This document shows positions 8,662-22,300 of a stretch of 64,000 nt of DNA, piece after piece. Below the pieces are notes generated by a model that was not told the DNA's origin, did not search any database, and saw nothing but the letters and a program-made list of their open reading frames with translations. Position numbers and translations under genes: made by a program. The stretch covers positions 15,562-79,561 of the IMG/VR virus record IMGVR_UViG_3300025127_000020, one strand, 5' to 3'. Positions within the stretch are counted from its first letter, which is position 1, and every line of letters starts with the position of its first letter. This DNA comes from a virus.

Positions 8662-11600
8662 TTAGTAATCACTAAACATGCCACGAACGGCACCAAAGAT
8701 GCTCGTGGCGGCTTCTCCTGCGTCGTTGAGTGGCTCTTGTCGTCTTTCCCTTTCTGCTCTTCGTTCTTCTCTTCGTCTTTCCGCTTCTGCTTCATCTAGC
8801 CTTCTCAAATGTTCTAACTCCGCCATTTCCCTCAACCACTCACGATAAGAAGCCATTATACCTTCTGAACTGGGTCTGGTAATTCCATATTGTTGAGTAA
8901 TGTTGCCCATTTCTATGAGCACACTCATGAGTCTTCCTCTCCTGCCTCGGTTTTCATTAAATAAAGCGTTCCTTTCTTCGGTAGCCATGTCAGCCTCAAG
9001 CATGCCAGACCAGCCTCTGGCATTTTGAATAATGTCTGTAAGTTCATCAATCCGAGATTGGACCAGATCAACCTCTCTTCGTAGCTGTCTTTCTAGTTTA
9101 TAAAGCTCGTCAAACCTTTTCTGTGCATCTGCTTTAGACATGAGCATTTGAGCCGTGTCGATAGCTGCTTGCTCTCTTGCTTGCTCTTGTCTGGCAAAAT
9201 CGACTCCTTGTGTCAGAACCAATTCTTGCTCTTCTGCCCTTCTTAGCTCGTCTTCAAGCCTATCTATTACAACTTCTCCCTCGTTCTTTGCTGGAGGTCT
9301 AATAATAAAATAAGAATCGTAAATTGGTAATTCTAAGTTTTCATGAACCTTTACGCCTAACTCTTTTATTGTAGATTTCTTTAATCTACACAACATTTCC
9401 TCTCCCCTAGAAGATAAGAATTTAGATGCCGTTAGAGGCTTCCAAATAGGTTCTTTGATCATTTTAAAGTTTTTTCTCATTCTGCTGTTCTCGAAATAAA
9501 GATTATCATCTCCGAATCCGCTTAAATATTCTACAGACATAAGAAAGTTAAAGTTTATTCTGAACTTCGAAGGAGAAGGCGGCACATCTGCATCTACAAA
9601 CCTAACCTTAGATGCATCAGACTCAAATAAAAAGAGAGACTGAATCTGTAATGGTAAGTTTTTAAAGTTTTTCTTTAATTCCTTTGGTAGAACTGAAAAC
9701 TGCTTGAACCTTTGAATGGGATGCACGGGTTGTTCGTAGTCATTAAAATTTAGTTTTTGATCAATTCCTTTTACAATCGATTCTTTGAATATTCTTGTGA
9801 ATTTACTTTGACCGTATTCATGTGGTTTTGAAACTGGTGGATCTTTTCTAATGTCTGTTATTTTTGTGGTTGTAAATGTTGATCGCTGTGAACTGGACAA
9901 CTCTTCTTCTGGTGTTAAGTCTTCCTTTTCTAGCATCTTTACAATTCCATTTTCAATATACCAGCCGTTTAGCGCATCGATTGGCGACTGTCGAATGTTT
10001 CTATTTGTGATAACACAAGTTGGAACCTTTTCAACCTTTCTTTCCCCTATTTCACTATTTATCAATAACGCCTCTTCGGACTCTTCGTAAAATGAAACAC
10101 CCATTTGAGAAAAATAATCCCTCTCTCCTTCGTTGGATGATAAAATAGCCTCTTCACTCTGAAGGGTTCTTTCTTCTGAAGAATTTACTTCAAGTTCAAT
10201 TGGTTCTGAAGTCTCATTGCCCAATAAAATAAATGATGGTGTCAGGTAAGAAGAATTTATTCCTCGAATATCTATAGCCTCTTCCTGTGCGATAGAACCA
10301 TCTGAAGGAGGATTAAATGATGGGTTTGGAGATGAGTAAAATCTATCTATTTCAGACTGGACCCTCTGCTGCCAAACTGACGAATCTACAACTCTTAAAC
10401 CGATCTTAGATTCTTGTCCTGAAAAGCCTAAACTTCTTGAAACTTCTCTAACTCTTTCTTGCAAATCATTTTCAACGCTTGTGGGATCCCTGAGTTCTTG
10501 CAAGATATCTGCTGCTCTTTCGTCCGTGGGGTTCACCAAGAACTCTAGACCCTTGCCTTTATCTACATTAGAGTCAAAAGTGTGATTAGTAAAAAACTTC
10601 GAATCTTTTATAGAAAACCTCTCTGATGACGAGATCTTCCCAGATTTGCGAGACGGTTCAAAATAAGTTGACTCATCGTTAGTTACCCTCTCTAGCTTAG
10701 AAATTATAGAATCCATAGATTTAACTAATTGATCTGCATAAGCAGGAGATCTATAAATTGCCGACATTGACATAAAAATCTCTGAATCTGGTGGAATGGC
10801 AAGCATTGACAATATAGTAACATAAGACCTAAAAACTTTTAATATTTTTTGTCTTTCTTCTTCCGAAAAAGCGAAGTTTCTAACGTAAGTGTTTGTAACA
10901 ACATCATAAGCATAATCTTTAACTGGGACCGCTTGATTCATTTTTTCTAAAATTTCAATTAATCCAGAACGTGCTTCAAAAATAGTATTCTTTATTTCAA
11001 TTAAAAACTTTCTTGTTCCATCGATAACATTAACTTCAACACCGTATTGATATAATCCGTCTGTTATTGTTTTCATAGATTTATCATTTGCTGTAAAATA
11101 TCTAATAGAAGAATAATAATTTTCATCTGTAGAAATTAAAGATTCACGAATAGATGCGTGCTCTCCGTCAATCCTCTTAAATCCTCCAGATGTTTCTCCA
11201 GACATGACTAGCGCCTCACGTTTTTTATTATTGTCAAAATTTGTGTAACCTTTCACTTGACTTCCAAGTTTATTTTGAACGTTTGTCGGTCTAACCCTTT
11301 TTCTTAAAAGTTTTATTGATTGAACTTTACAGTGTGACAAAAGTTCTCTTTGCATTATTTCTGGCATTCTATCCAACAATTTACCGAATGCTCCCTTTGC
11401 TCTTATCATCTCCTTCAAATCAATTGCAAACATTAATTTTGCTTCGCCATCTAAACTTCTAGAAAGCCAAATTTCAGAATAAAAATCTTTTTTTAGATTT
11501 TCAATAGAAGAGCGATTACCTGGACTTATTTCTTCCTGTAAGTTGTGAAAGATAGAATCATCTATTTCGAACTTTTCAAATGAGGTAAATGTTCGAAAAT

Positions 11601-12297
11601 CTTGAATTTTATTATTGCTGACAACTCTGGAAATTAAAGGTTCTGAAGACTCATCATCATGCGTAGCGCCTGTCATAAAAGTCCCTTCTTCTGGCATTCT
11701 ATGCCGTGGACCATTCCAAACTTGCCCAGTTCTCTCTAAAAGGTAGATTGTTGATAGACCAAGTTTCCCATCTTCTAAAACAGTTTCTGTAGATTTTTTT
11801 AAATTGCCTTCTAGGTTGATAGAATTATTTAATTCTGTTCCAAATTTACGATTGATACTATCAATGTCTAATTGAGATGAGATCTTATAAGAAAGATGCA
11901 TTGGACAATAGTTATAATTAAAACTTCTTGAAAATCTGTAATAATTAAGCATTCTACCATTTTCGTTAACTTCTCTAACTCGTGAAAATCTACTAGAATA
12001 AGAAGTAAGATCTCTAGAATTAGAAATTTCATGATCTAGGTCCGATAAAGAAAATTGCTTTTCAAGCATTTGACCATCTCTATTTTCAACCAACGTCAAC
12101 CTTATTGATGAAAGAAAGTCTATCTGATCAAACCATTTTGAAATCTGATCACTTTCTACGACGTCATAGACTGAAAAATTTAATGTAACCTTTAAGCCAT
12201 CTTTATTATCTGCGCTCTTCCTGGTTTCCAGTGTTATTTCATCTATAGAAACATCTGGAAGTAGCATTCCTATTAATTCTTTTTCTTTTATAGCCAT
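8662..12297 (-). CDS. Large hypothetical structural protein with C-terminal coiled coil
   Basis: About 1,211 aa; likely start is ATG 12297, coupled (TGATG) to the upstream stop; E/R-rich helical C-terminus. Confidence 0.6.
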   Translation of the reverse strand: MAIKEKELIGMLLPDVSIDEITLETRKSADNKDGLKVTLNFSVYDVVESDQISKWFDQIDFLSSIRLTLVENRDGQMLEKQFSLSDLDHEISNSRDLTSYSSRFSRVREVNENGRMLNYYRFSRSFNYNYCPMHLSYKISSQLDIDSINRKFGTELNNSINLEGNLKKSTETVLEDGKLGLSTIYLLERTGQVWNGPRHRMPEEGTFMTGATHDDESSEPLISRVVSNNKIQDFRTFTSFEKFEIDDSIFHNLQEEISPGNRSSIENLKKDFYSEIWLSRSLDGEAKLMFAIDLKEMIRAKGAFGKLLDRMPEIMQRELLSHCKVQSIKLLRKRVRPTNVQNKLGSQVKGYTNFDNNKKREALVMSGETSGGFKRIDGEHASIRESLISTDENYYSSIRYFTANDKSMKTITDGLYQYGVEVNVIDGTRKFLIEIKNTIFEARSGLIEILEKMNQAVPVKDYAYDVVTNTYVRNFAFSEEERQKILKVFRSYVTILSMLAIPPDSEIFMSMSAIYRSPAYADQLVKSMDSIISKLERVTNDESTYFEPSRKSGKISSSERFSIKDSKFFTNHTFDSNVDKGKGLEFLVNPTDERAADILQELRDPTSVENDLQERVREVSRSLGFSGQESKIGLRVVDSSVWQQRVQSEIDRFYSSPNPSFNPPSDGSIAQEEAIDIRGINSSYLTPSFILLGNETSEPIELEVNSSEERTLQSEEAILSSNEGERDYFSQMGVSFYEESEEALLINSEIGERKVEKVPTCVITNRNIRQSPIDALNGWYIENGIVKMLEKEDLTPEEELSSSQRSTFTTTKITDIRKDPPVSKPHEYGQSKFTRIFKESIVKGIDQKLNFNDYEQPVHPIQRFKQFSVLPKELKKNFKNLPLQIQSLFLFESDASKVRFVDADVPPSPSKFRINFNFLMSVEYLSGFGDDNLYFENSRMRKNFKMIKEPIWKPLTASKFLSSRGEEMLCRLKKSTIKELGVKVHENLELPIYDSYFIIRPPAKNEGEVVIDRLEDELRRAEEQELVLTQGVDFARQEQAREQAAIDTAQMLMSKADAQKRFDELYKLERQLRREVDLVQSRIDELTDIIQNARGWSGMLEADMATEERNALFNENRGRRGRLMSVLIEMGNITQQYGITRPSSEGIMASYREWLREMAELEHLRRLDEAEAERRREERRAERERRQEPLNDAGEAATSIFGAVRGMFSDY

Positions 12298-13334
12298 CAG
12301 CAATCATCTCCAAAAGGTGGTTCTGCGGTAGAATCATAAATATCTTCTCTTCTACCAATTTCACCTGATTCGTCGCACTCGACTACAACATAAGATCTCC
12401 TGCTATAGTCTGTTCTGTAGCCAAGTTTGCACAGTAAATTTTTATCTATTTCTTCGTCCACATCTATGTCAAAATAGTGCTCGACATATGTCGAGTCTAT
12501 GCTATCTTCAGAGTAAATTTCCACTTCATTATCATCAAGTAAAATTCCATCTCTGATGTTACTAGACTTTTTTAGAAATGAAAGAGGATTTAATTTTTCA
12601 ATGCTTTTGCCGTTTATTACTTCAGTTTCAACTTTAAAAATTTCAATTTCATAATTTTCTTTTAAAACATCTGTGTTAAATTCGTCTACATCTAAGATAA
12701 GATGCTCTGGAGAAATTTCTACAATAGAGCCGTCTTGTGTAACCCTTGACATAAGTGCTGATGATCCTGGGTGACCACCTTCTCCGAGATCTCCAACACT
12801 TCTAAAAGTTCCATAATCAATGCTCTCACCTGCTTTTCCTAAATAAAGTTTATACATTATGTTTTCTACATTTAACTGAGGAATTGCAAGTGTCGGTTGT
12901 TCACCCTGAGTTATCAAATTTTGACTTTCAAATTCTTTTCCGTAAATGCTTATCTGCCAAGATGGTGAATAATTCGAAGATAGTGAAGATTTTCCAAGAG
13001 GTGCTGACATAGCGTAGTGTTTTTCTGGATCTTGTTGTAGTGCCTCTCTTAAGCCTAATTTTCCTTCTCTTACTAACTCTACTTGTTCATGAACGTTATC
13101 TTCTGCACTAGAAAAATTTACTTGAGTTTTTGTTACTGGTGTTTCTTCTAGAATTCTTGTTTCTGCATAATTTTGATTTTCTACGGTGTCCGAAGTGTAT
13201 TGCCAATCATAAATTATGTCATCATCAAAAAAAGCATAATAAGAAGGTTTAAATTTTCCTTTTGATAAAAGATGTTTTCCAAATTGAGTTAGCTTAATTT
13301 CAATTACTTCTTCTTTTTTATCCTTAAATGACAT
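12297..13334 (-). CDS. Virion structural protein, N-terminal paralog of 5138..6076
   Basis: EEVIEIKLTQFGKHLLSKGKFKPSYYAFFDDDIIYD aligns by eye with LTDTGRMRLAKG...FALADDEIDY. Confidence 0.6.
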   Translation of the reverse strand: MSFKDKKEEVIEIKLTQFGKHLLSKGKFKPSYYAFFDDDIIYDWQYTSDTVENQNYAETRILEETPVTKTQVNFSSAEDNVHEQVELVREGKLGLREALQQDPEKHYAMSAPLGKSSLSSNYSPSWQISIYGKEFESQNLITQGEQPTLAIPQLNVENIMYKLYLGKAGESIDYGTFRSVGDLGEGGHPGSSALMSRVTQDGSIVEISPEHLILDVDEFNTDVLKENYEIEIFKVETEVINGKSIEKLNPLSFLKKSSNIRDGILLDDNEVEIYSEDSIDSTYVEHYFDIDVDEEIDKNLLCKLGYRTDYSRRSYVVVECDESGEIGRREDIYDSTAEPPFGDDC

Positions 13335-16300
13335 TTACTCAGCCTCCTCTGGTAATTTCTTCTTGTAAAGTTCCATAGGATTGATTTCAAATTCTGCACC
13401 TGCTTCAATTTTTACCATTTCTACTAAACTAAAATAGTCGTAAGGATAATTATAACTATATTGAGGTTCTTCTACACCAGCAGTAGTTTCAAAATCAAAT
13501 CTTTGATCCTGAATTGAGTCATTCAATAGAGTTTCATAATCCATGCATGCAGTCTTTTTAACCTTAAACACCATCCATCTAACATCTTGTGTTATTTTTC
13601 TGCCTTCAAAAAATTCCCAGGGAGCAAGATCATGAATAACTTCATTACTATCTTTCCTTGAAGTCAAAGCTATTTTAGGCTGAAGACCTTGCCAAATGTT
13701 TGATAAATCTTCTTGATCTAAAGTTTCTTCAAATTCGAAAAAGTAAATAACAAAAGGTTTTGAATCTGAACGGAACTTCATAAAATCGTAACGAGGAGGA
13801 AGATTATATTTTTTCATCATCTTGCTCATTCTAGTTATAGTTGTTTCTTCAATGTCTGATTCTAAACCATAATCTTGAGCCGAGACTGCTGGCAGACCAT
13901 TCTCAACATTAGAGACTTGCTTAATAAATTTTTCTGGTGTTATTGAAAAGAAGTTCCTATCGTCTACTCTTATTGTTTCTTCTAGTGGTGAATCTACAAA
14001 AGGAATCATAACAACGGCTTCAGAAATTGTTCTTTCTTGTGCTATTCTCCCCACTTGTTCCTTGAAAGATTTAAACCCACACACGTCTATAAGAGAGCCA
14101 ATTCTCTCACCCTCAGAAACAGATGTGAAACTTTCTTCCAAAGAGATAAAAATTCCTTCGCCATCTCTAGGAATCTCTCCATAAGAACTCCAAATTCCCT
14201 GACCAGACTTATGTGCTGTTACGCCCTGCTCTCTATAGAAAGAAGAGTAGGTAAATTCTTCTATCTTTCGCTCTTGCACGGCAACGTCGGTGCCCTTAAG
14301 ATCTCTTACGTGTGCGAAATTTAAGACTGGACATTCGAATTTAGTAGAAATGCACCAAGAATTATAACTGGTGTCTGCTGCGTCTTGCGCAGACATCGGT
14401 TTCTTTTTTTCTACTCCGTCTTCTTCTAATTTAGTTGAACTAAGATCAAAACTCACTTGCCTTGTTCTTCTTTTACCAAGTAATTCAAGGCAAGATTCAA
14501 CCTTCATTCTTGATTTCCAAGCTGGTTGGTTTCTATAATCTGATACTCTGACTCCTTCTCTCACCATGACGGGAAGTTCAAAGCCAGGAAAATCTCGAAA
14601 ACCATCCTCGGGCTCATCGTCAGGGGTCAATGGGGTAATAATAGTCTCAACAATTTGTGATCTGCTTCTAAAATAATCATTATGCTCCCTTGAAACGTCT
14701 TCTGTAGTAATTTTAGACAAAATCTCATTCAAAGTGTAAACCCTACTTTCCTCTGCTCTGAAAGCAAGTCTTGTAACTCCCTTTCCATATAAGTAAGGAG
14801 GGGCATAAGCAGCCTGCGAAGGAGGTGCAGTTAAATCCTCGATTCCTTCAATGGTGGTCACATCATAATCTCTAAGTTCTTTCCATTTCATAGCTGGACC
14901 AAAATATTTTGTTGGAATTTCACCACCTGAAGTAGTTGCAATTTCAAAACCTTTAGATTTAGAGATTGCAACGTCCATGTAATATGTTACTCCCGCTGTC
15001 ATTTGCTTAAATTCAATTTCTGGTCTAGATGTCAACGTTGTAAGTTTACTATTCTGTAAAAAGAATTTAGGAACCTCTGCTACAAAATTGTTTATTGCAT
15101 TATCATATCTAATGTCAGACCTTGAATCTGATAACCACTCAAAATTTGGATAAACATAATCTCTTAGGTTTCTCAGCCTGGAGGAGGGATCTTGGTCTCC
15201 TTTCTGATGACGGATTTCATAATATTCTGGAGTCATTAAGAAGAACTTATTACAATAAGATTCATCTGCTTCTGTTTCATACCTGTGAGGATCTGAGAAA
15301 ATAAGTTGACCAGAAATTGGATCAGAAGCTGCTGTTGAGACAAATAGGGATTGCTGTGTTGAGCCAGTCCCTTGATCGTCTCGATCCGAAATTACAAAGC
15401 GGGTGTTGACGTCTGTAACGTTATCAGGATTAGGGTAACCATCAGAAGTAAAAAATGGCTTTACCCCCAAACTATTTGGAGAAGAATAATTTTGTGATCC
15501 TAGTATTGTAACCCTATCACCGCTTACTTGAAACTCTCCTCCTGCAATTCCCGAAATAACCCTTCTCGAAGCAAGCAAAGTGGCGACACTTCCAGTCGAA
15601 CCTTCGAAGCGTCCGAAGCCCGAATGACGACCTGAAAAATGATCTAATCTTTCTTGAATATTCGTGTTATGTGGAAGAATTTCTCCTGCTTCGGTTTCTC
15701 GAACACAATGAAACTGTTTCCACGTTAGTGAAGCATTGCTTGCGATGTGGTTCACTTTCAAAAACTGCTTTGGCATGCCGTCATCACCAAAAGTTTCAAT
15801 AGTTTCTTCAATTGGACCAGTTGCTATAAGTCTAATAACCCAAGTTCCATTATTTTGTTTTCCTATTATCTGATCGGTGCAACCCCATTCCAATTCAGAC
15901 AAAGTAGAGAGCAAGCCACCTTCTGGGGTAGAAATTCTAGTCGGACTGTAACGGACGCCGAAAAGTTCTGGGTTAAGTGTTGGAAACCAATAGCTTATTG
16001 GTTCAAGCGGTTCAAAACGAACGGGGTTTTCATATTGATGAGTGGGTGTCCAACCAGGAATCGCAATTACGGAAAAATCTTCTCTTTCGTTTATTGCCTT
16101 ACATAATCTTATAGCAATTAATTCGTTGAGATAATCTATGGTGATTTCACCATCTGAAATCTGGTTTGCCAATATTGTGTTTCCTTGAGAACCATCTAAA
16201 GGAACCGAATCTATGGTGAAATTTTTTGGTGCCAACATAAATTCTCGAACGTCAACATCCCAGTCAGTGTCTTCAAACCCAGGTCTTTGTGTTGTGCCTA

Positions 16301-19300
16301 TTGAAATTTTATTTTTCTTGAGATAGTATCCGTCTCCGCTAGGATCAGACTCTACTGTCTCAAAAGTTAAAATAGTGCCTTCACAATCCCATCCATTTAA
16401 TTCCAAACTCAAATTTTTAAACTTAGTTTTTGATTCAGCGGGCTCAGCCATCGAAAGAAATTTTGTTGGATTTATAAGCGCCTCAAAAGGCAATCTTGTT
16501 GTGGGCTCGGTAACTGTCACAAAACCATACATTGAATGGCTCGGCATGTTCAGGTTGCCAAGGACCCCAGGCTGATGGGCATTTAGTAGCGAATAGAGTG
16601 GTCCGCTGTCCATGGATTCAGTAAGTTCAAAAAGTGCCTCATCCAAATTTTCTCTGCTCTGCCTGGGACAATACCAATGTGGAGCAGGTGTTTTAAAAGT
16701 TCTTTCAACATTTTCAGATGTAGTATAAGAGGACGACACAGCCGATTGCTCTAAACCATAAGTGTCTGTAAACGATGCCCAGTCACATGCAATTCCAGCC
16801 TTTATTGAATTATATAAAATTCCTGGTGCGAAAAAATGCTGTAGTGCAGCTTGAATAGCTTGCTCATTGTGAAAAACGGCTTCTTCTGGTTGTGGCTTAA
16901 TAGACTTTTTAGCTTTTTCTGTAAATAATTTAGCTATTTGAACTGTTCTATCTTGTGGATAAAAACCATCATAAGGTAATAATTTCTTAATAGCATTTAC
17001 CTTTAGCCTTACACGTTCTTCGACTTTAACACCTAAAGATTCTTGATCTCTAGTCACTTTTTCGATGAATTTTATGTTATCTGAGTGAACATAAGAATTG
17101 AAAAATTCATCATCCCAAGATTCACACTCTGTTATTTCCTCATGATAAGCAACGCCGAGACGATGCCACATTTGAAGATGTTCGTTGACCAATGAGCCCG
17201 ATCCTGTTCCTCTGGACATTTCAGCCACTGACCATCCAAAGGTAGCGTTGGGATCTGTTATGGCAATGCCAGTGTCATCGATATCTAATTTTCTAAATCT
17301 TTCTGGTATTGTAGATGACAATTTCCAATCATCAAGGTTACTGGGTGGGAGAAATTTATCAGTCTCGATGTCATTTAACAAATTGCTAGGCTTGCCATTA
17401 TTATAAAGCACTCCAATGCTATCCTTTGTCATAAAACCACTCCAAACCGACAATTCATCTAAAAGACCAGAAAATCTAAATCTCTTTGTCTCTTCAGATT
17501 GATTTGTTTCTAATGCAACAACAGGATTTGAATTGCCAAGCACAAGTGATTTGTTGAAGGAAGACGCTGCAAAGCCTACATATTCAATGCCCAAATTGTC
17601 AGTCCCATGTGGTTGAACAGTTGAATGCGGTTTACCAACAGAAGCTGGGGAATAGGCATTTGCTACATGTGTAGCACCGACTGCTAAAGCATAAGGGTGA
17701 GCACCGTAAAGCTCTTCGCCATTCAACCACAATTTAATCAGAGTTGTCTGATTTGGGGTGTTATTAAAGACATCCTTGTTAGACACGAGTTGAAAAACAA
17801 TATGATTAAATTGACCTTCCTTAAGAAAAGCGGGTTTTCCATCTCCACGAAAAAATGTAATTACATCTGTACCCCGAAAATCGTGAGAGCCGTAGGAATC
17901 TACTATTTCTGGTAGTCTAGGAGTGTCACTAAAAACCACAGTTAATCCTGAATTTCCAAGACTGTCTGTAAACTTATTTTTGACTCCTTCAAATTTTACC
18001 TTTTCAAGAACAGACATAGAAGCGGTGGCACTGCTGCTGAGTTGTAACCCTAAGCAACTAAATAACCCACTTGTTTCTCTCTCTGGATTTGGTTGAGCCC
18101 ACACTGAAAGATTGAAGGGCACTCCAAAGCCCGCAGGAAAAATTCGATTACTTTGGCTAGCTCCAGTAGATGGATCACGGAAAGCAACTTTATTGAAGGA
18201 AGCCACTAAATAATCATTTTCATTTTCTATGTTAAATTGTGCTGCTGCATTGATTCCTTTCTGGTGTGGAACTCTGGCTGGCGAGACGAATGGAAAAGGT
18301 TCATCAATTATGACATCAGTGTTAACACTGTTATCTATTGTGAATGTGCCACCAGCATAAAGTGGATTTATTGATTGGTCTTGTCCTCTGACAACACCAT
18401 CTGGTCGATTATTATTTCTAATAAAATAACTCTCTAAGGCTTCTTGGGCTGAAGTTGGATAAACAATTTTACGAGTACTTTCAATGTCATCTGCGGTTTG
18501 CCCTGGAAACAAATTAATCGCATAAGTTCTAACTTTAGTTATATCTTTCTTTGAACTAAACTGAGTGTGTGTTTTCCCTTCATGACGATTTGAGTCGTAG
18601 CTTGCACCATCGAGAGACAAAAAGCTATAGTTTTTTTGCCTATAATTGACAGTTCCATCTAACAAATATTTATCCATGTGTTGTGAAACTCTAAATTCTG
18701 ATAAAATTCCATAATTTTGCCCAATGCTTCTAAGTTCTTCTCCATAATGGTCGTAATCGTCATAAGCTGGAACCAATTGAGATTGATCAATAATTTTTCT
18801 TGGAAACCATTGTTTTTCCTGACCATCGGTGTGCTCACGGGGTAAATAAAAAAGTTGAGCCCTTGGTTGAGTCCGCAATCTTTCATTTCTTATTACCGAA
18901 GAGTTATAAAATGGAGCTATTGAAGAGCTAGAGTCAAACAATTTTTCCTGACCCCAATCACGAACATCTACACTGGCTTCGGCAGATACGGCATTGCGAA
19001 TTTTGTTCAGAATCTTGGATTGGTAAAAATTTATTCCTCCATAGTTTAATTCACCAATAACCTCATAACCTCTTGTGGTAAGTCCATCATTTTGTTGATA
19101 TTGGTAGTAATCCATAACAAATGAAGATTCGTGTAATCTGCCATTGGCTTTTGAAGCCAAAACAAGTTTTTCAAACCCAAGTTTACTTTTTTGCCAAGCT
19201 GGTGTCATTCTATCCAACAGCAAAGAATCCCAAAATTCTTCATAACCATCAAATTTAGATCTTTCTCTTACCTTATTCAAGCCCACGTTTCTGTGCTTTG

Positions 19301-22300
19301 GATAGATAATTTCTTTATAGAAAAAACTAGTGTAGTAAGGTGTTTGCTCTAAGGGAAAATTACCTGATAGAAGATTGTTAATCTCATCGTAGAACTGATT
19401 AGAGTTTTTAACAACTTCAACTCTTGCTGCCAAATTTGGATTTGCAAAGAATTCTAAACCGTTAGAATAAGCATGCCTAGCCAAGATTGTTGGTGGTGTT
19501 GATTCTTCCATGTCAAAATCAATAGCAATTTGTAAGTCTCTAGAGTTTCTCAAAATTCTATGAGTCATCGGCTTATTCCAAGCCGCTATTGGTTCCCTAT
19601 AGTTTGACGAAGATTGCTCATCGCCATCAATAACAGAGATAACATTTTCTTTTCTACCCTCAACTGGTTCATTGCGTTCTGAACCTCTTATGAATCTCCA
19701 ACCAGAACCTTGATAGTCTGCATAAGATTCTTGATCAGAAGTTGCATCATAGCCTTCTGAGATCACAAAATCATTATAATAGTCGCTAAATCTCAGAGGA
19801 ACCTTTGAACCACAAACATCATTTATAGATGTTTCATATTGAGATGGATCTACAGAAGATGTTACAAAATGATATTGTAAATCAGACCTTGGAATTTGAT
19901 GACCGACATAAGCATTATCGAAAGTAGACTTGCAAACATAGGATTCCCCTGATGGTCCTGAGTTGACTAATCGAACATCATAAAGTCTATTTCTATTATT
20001 CTTCTGATATGCTGCAATACCTGGCAGTGCAAGGTCTTGCCTATAGCCCTGCGAACCTTCGTAGAGACCACTGTGTTGGGCGAGCCAATAATGAAGATGA
20101 GACCTAACATTAAAGTTTCTAAAATTCATAGAATTGTAAGGACTAAATTCAGCAGCCTCATGATCCATAAATCCAAGACCCATTGTCAATGGATCGCCTG
20201 GGGCAGAGAATCTTTCTACGAAAATGTTTTCAGTTCTGCCGAAGTCATAATTATTTGCCCTTGTTCTGTCTGGAAGCGTGTAGTCTGAAAGACCAGTAAT
20301 AACAGTTGATGCTCTTTTATTAGCTACCTGATTTCCTTCATCTTTTACAAACCATCGATTATTTTTTGATCTACCAGATGTTTGAATTACATCATAGTCA
20401 TGAGTGTAATTGCCGAGAGGTTTTTCGTTTGCGTTTACCCTATCGTGAATTATAACTGTTTTAATGTTTTTTATATTTAATGGTCTTTTTGCAACCTCTT
20501 CTCTTAGAAATCTTGCAGATGCATTATTCACATCTATATCTTTAGGATGTTTTAATTCATTACCTGATTTTAAAAACAATTCTGGTCTATTTGGATCCGC
20601 ACCATAATAAGTTGATAAAACAACATGCCTGTGTTGATTACCCCCTACCCATTGTGATGTAAATGGACCCTGCATTGGAATTTCAGCATCATCACCATAA
20701 GAATCATTATGTAAATTTTTCAAGTCGGCAGTGGCAGTGTCTATTGATTCTCCAAATCTAGGATAAATGAATGATCCATCTAGAGACTCTGTTTTAGAGC
20801 CATCTTTCAAAGTAATTGTGCTAGACCTCTTGAATTTCTTAAAAAATTCTGTGTTTATTTGAGATTCTCTTGAGCACTCTCTTGGGTTGATGTCAAGTGA
20901 TGTTATTTCAACTGATTTGCCCATTGGCGTTGAAGACCTAACAAAATCATTAGGATCTTTCGTTGTTTCGCTGTAATTTACACCACCATGAATAGTTGGA
21001 GACTTTGTAACATTCAACCTGTAAGGCTTTGAAAGCCTCCTCGTTGCATAGACTCGACCCTCATAAAAAGTTGTAGAACTAGAATCATAGAGTGTTGGAT
21101 CAGATTCCTCGACAAGACCAAGCCCACGGTCTACTAATTTTGTTTGCCCCTTTATCTCTCTGGTTTCTACACTTCTTATTTTCTCTCTGTCTGCATCAAC
21201 ATTTGCATCGCCAGAAGTAACAGTTGTTCCAGTTCTCTCTGCCCTATCTTTTTCCCACAGGCACTTATCTTCTCCCGCAAGGGGTGCTCGACCTAAGTCG
21301 TAATTATAGAGCATTTCGTTTATGCCACGAACGTTTGCTTCGATAGGTTGATCTTCCATTTCAAGCGTTGGAAACTTTGTCCAGTATTTGTTTCTCTCAA
21401 GAACATGAGACTCAATCATTGTTCTAAGTTCAGAAGAGAAGTTGCTTGAAACTGGAATTAATTGTTCCAACATCATGCCTATAGAGTTGTCAATCCACTT
21501 GTAATAGTCTACGTATTTTTCTAGACTAGGAACATTTTTTACACGTTCAAAAAACATCTGTCTAAACTTTTCTAAAGACTTGTAGTCCATTCTATAGCGG
21601 TTGATTGGCTGACCTATCAAATCATTAAATTCTACAATAGTTGCAAAAAGGTTTACAATCTGATCGTTGATAATTTGATACATGCTCTTTTCTGCTGCGA
21701 AGAAGTGAGTTATCGGTCTAGAGTCTCTTGTAAATTTATCATCATCTTGAGTTCTTATTTCCACAAGTTCTTCTGAGTTGATGACTTCTGGTGGTCTATG
21801 TTTAGCCGAATAAATAAATTCTCTATTCGTTACTTGATCGTCATTTGCTTGAAAGTGTCTACCCCTACCTGTTACCTGTTTTCTTACAAGTTCTGTAAAC
21901 CATCCATATCTTGAATCTGATGCTGCAAAGCCTTCAGAAAGATCTTCTACTGTAAAATTACCGCTGGCATCGGATGTTGCAACTCCGTTAAAGTCCCAGT
22001 GCATGGCTAGTGTGTCTTTTCTTGGAACTCTAATGTCTGCTGTTCCACCGCTGCTTAGATTTGCTACAAACGAATAGGCATCATCATTTGGGTGTAATCG
22101 ACCAAAATTACTACCATCAGAGGCGTGTGCTTTAATTTCTTCATTAGATAAATAATCATACCAAAACAGTGTTGACGAAATTTTTAAATTAGTTTTTCGA
22201 TTAACATTAGGTTCCGAAGGATCATAATTTTGTTTTGATGCACCTATTGAGATAAACTTCTTTTTTTCTACCTCTGTTCTAGCAGCAGTAGATGTTATGA

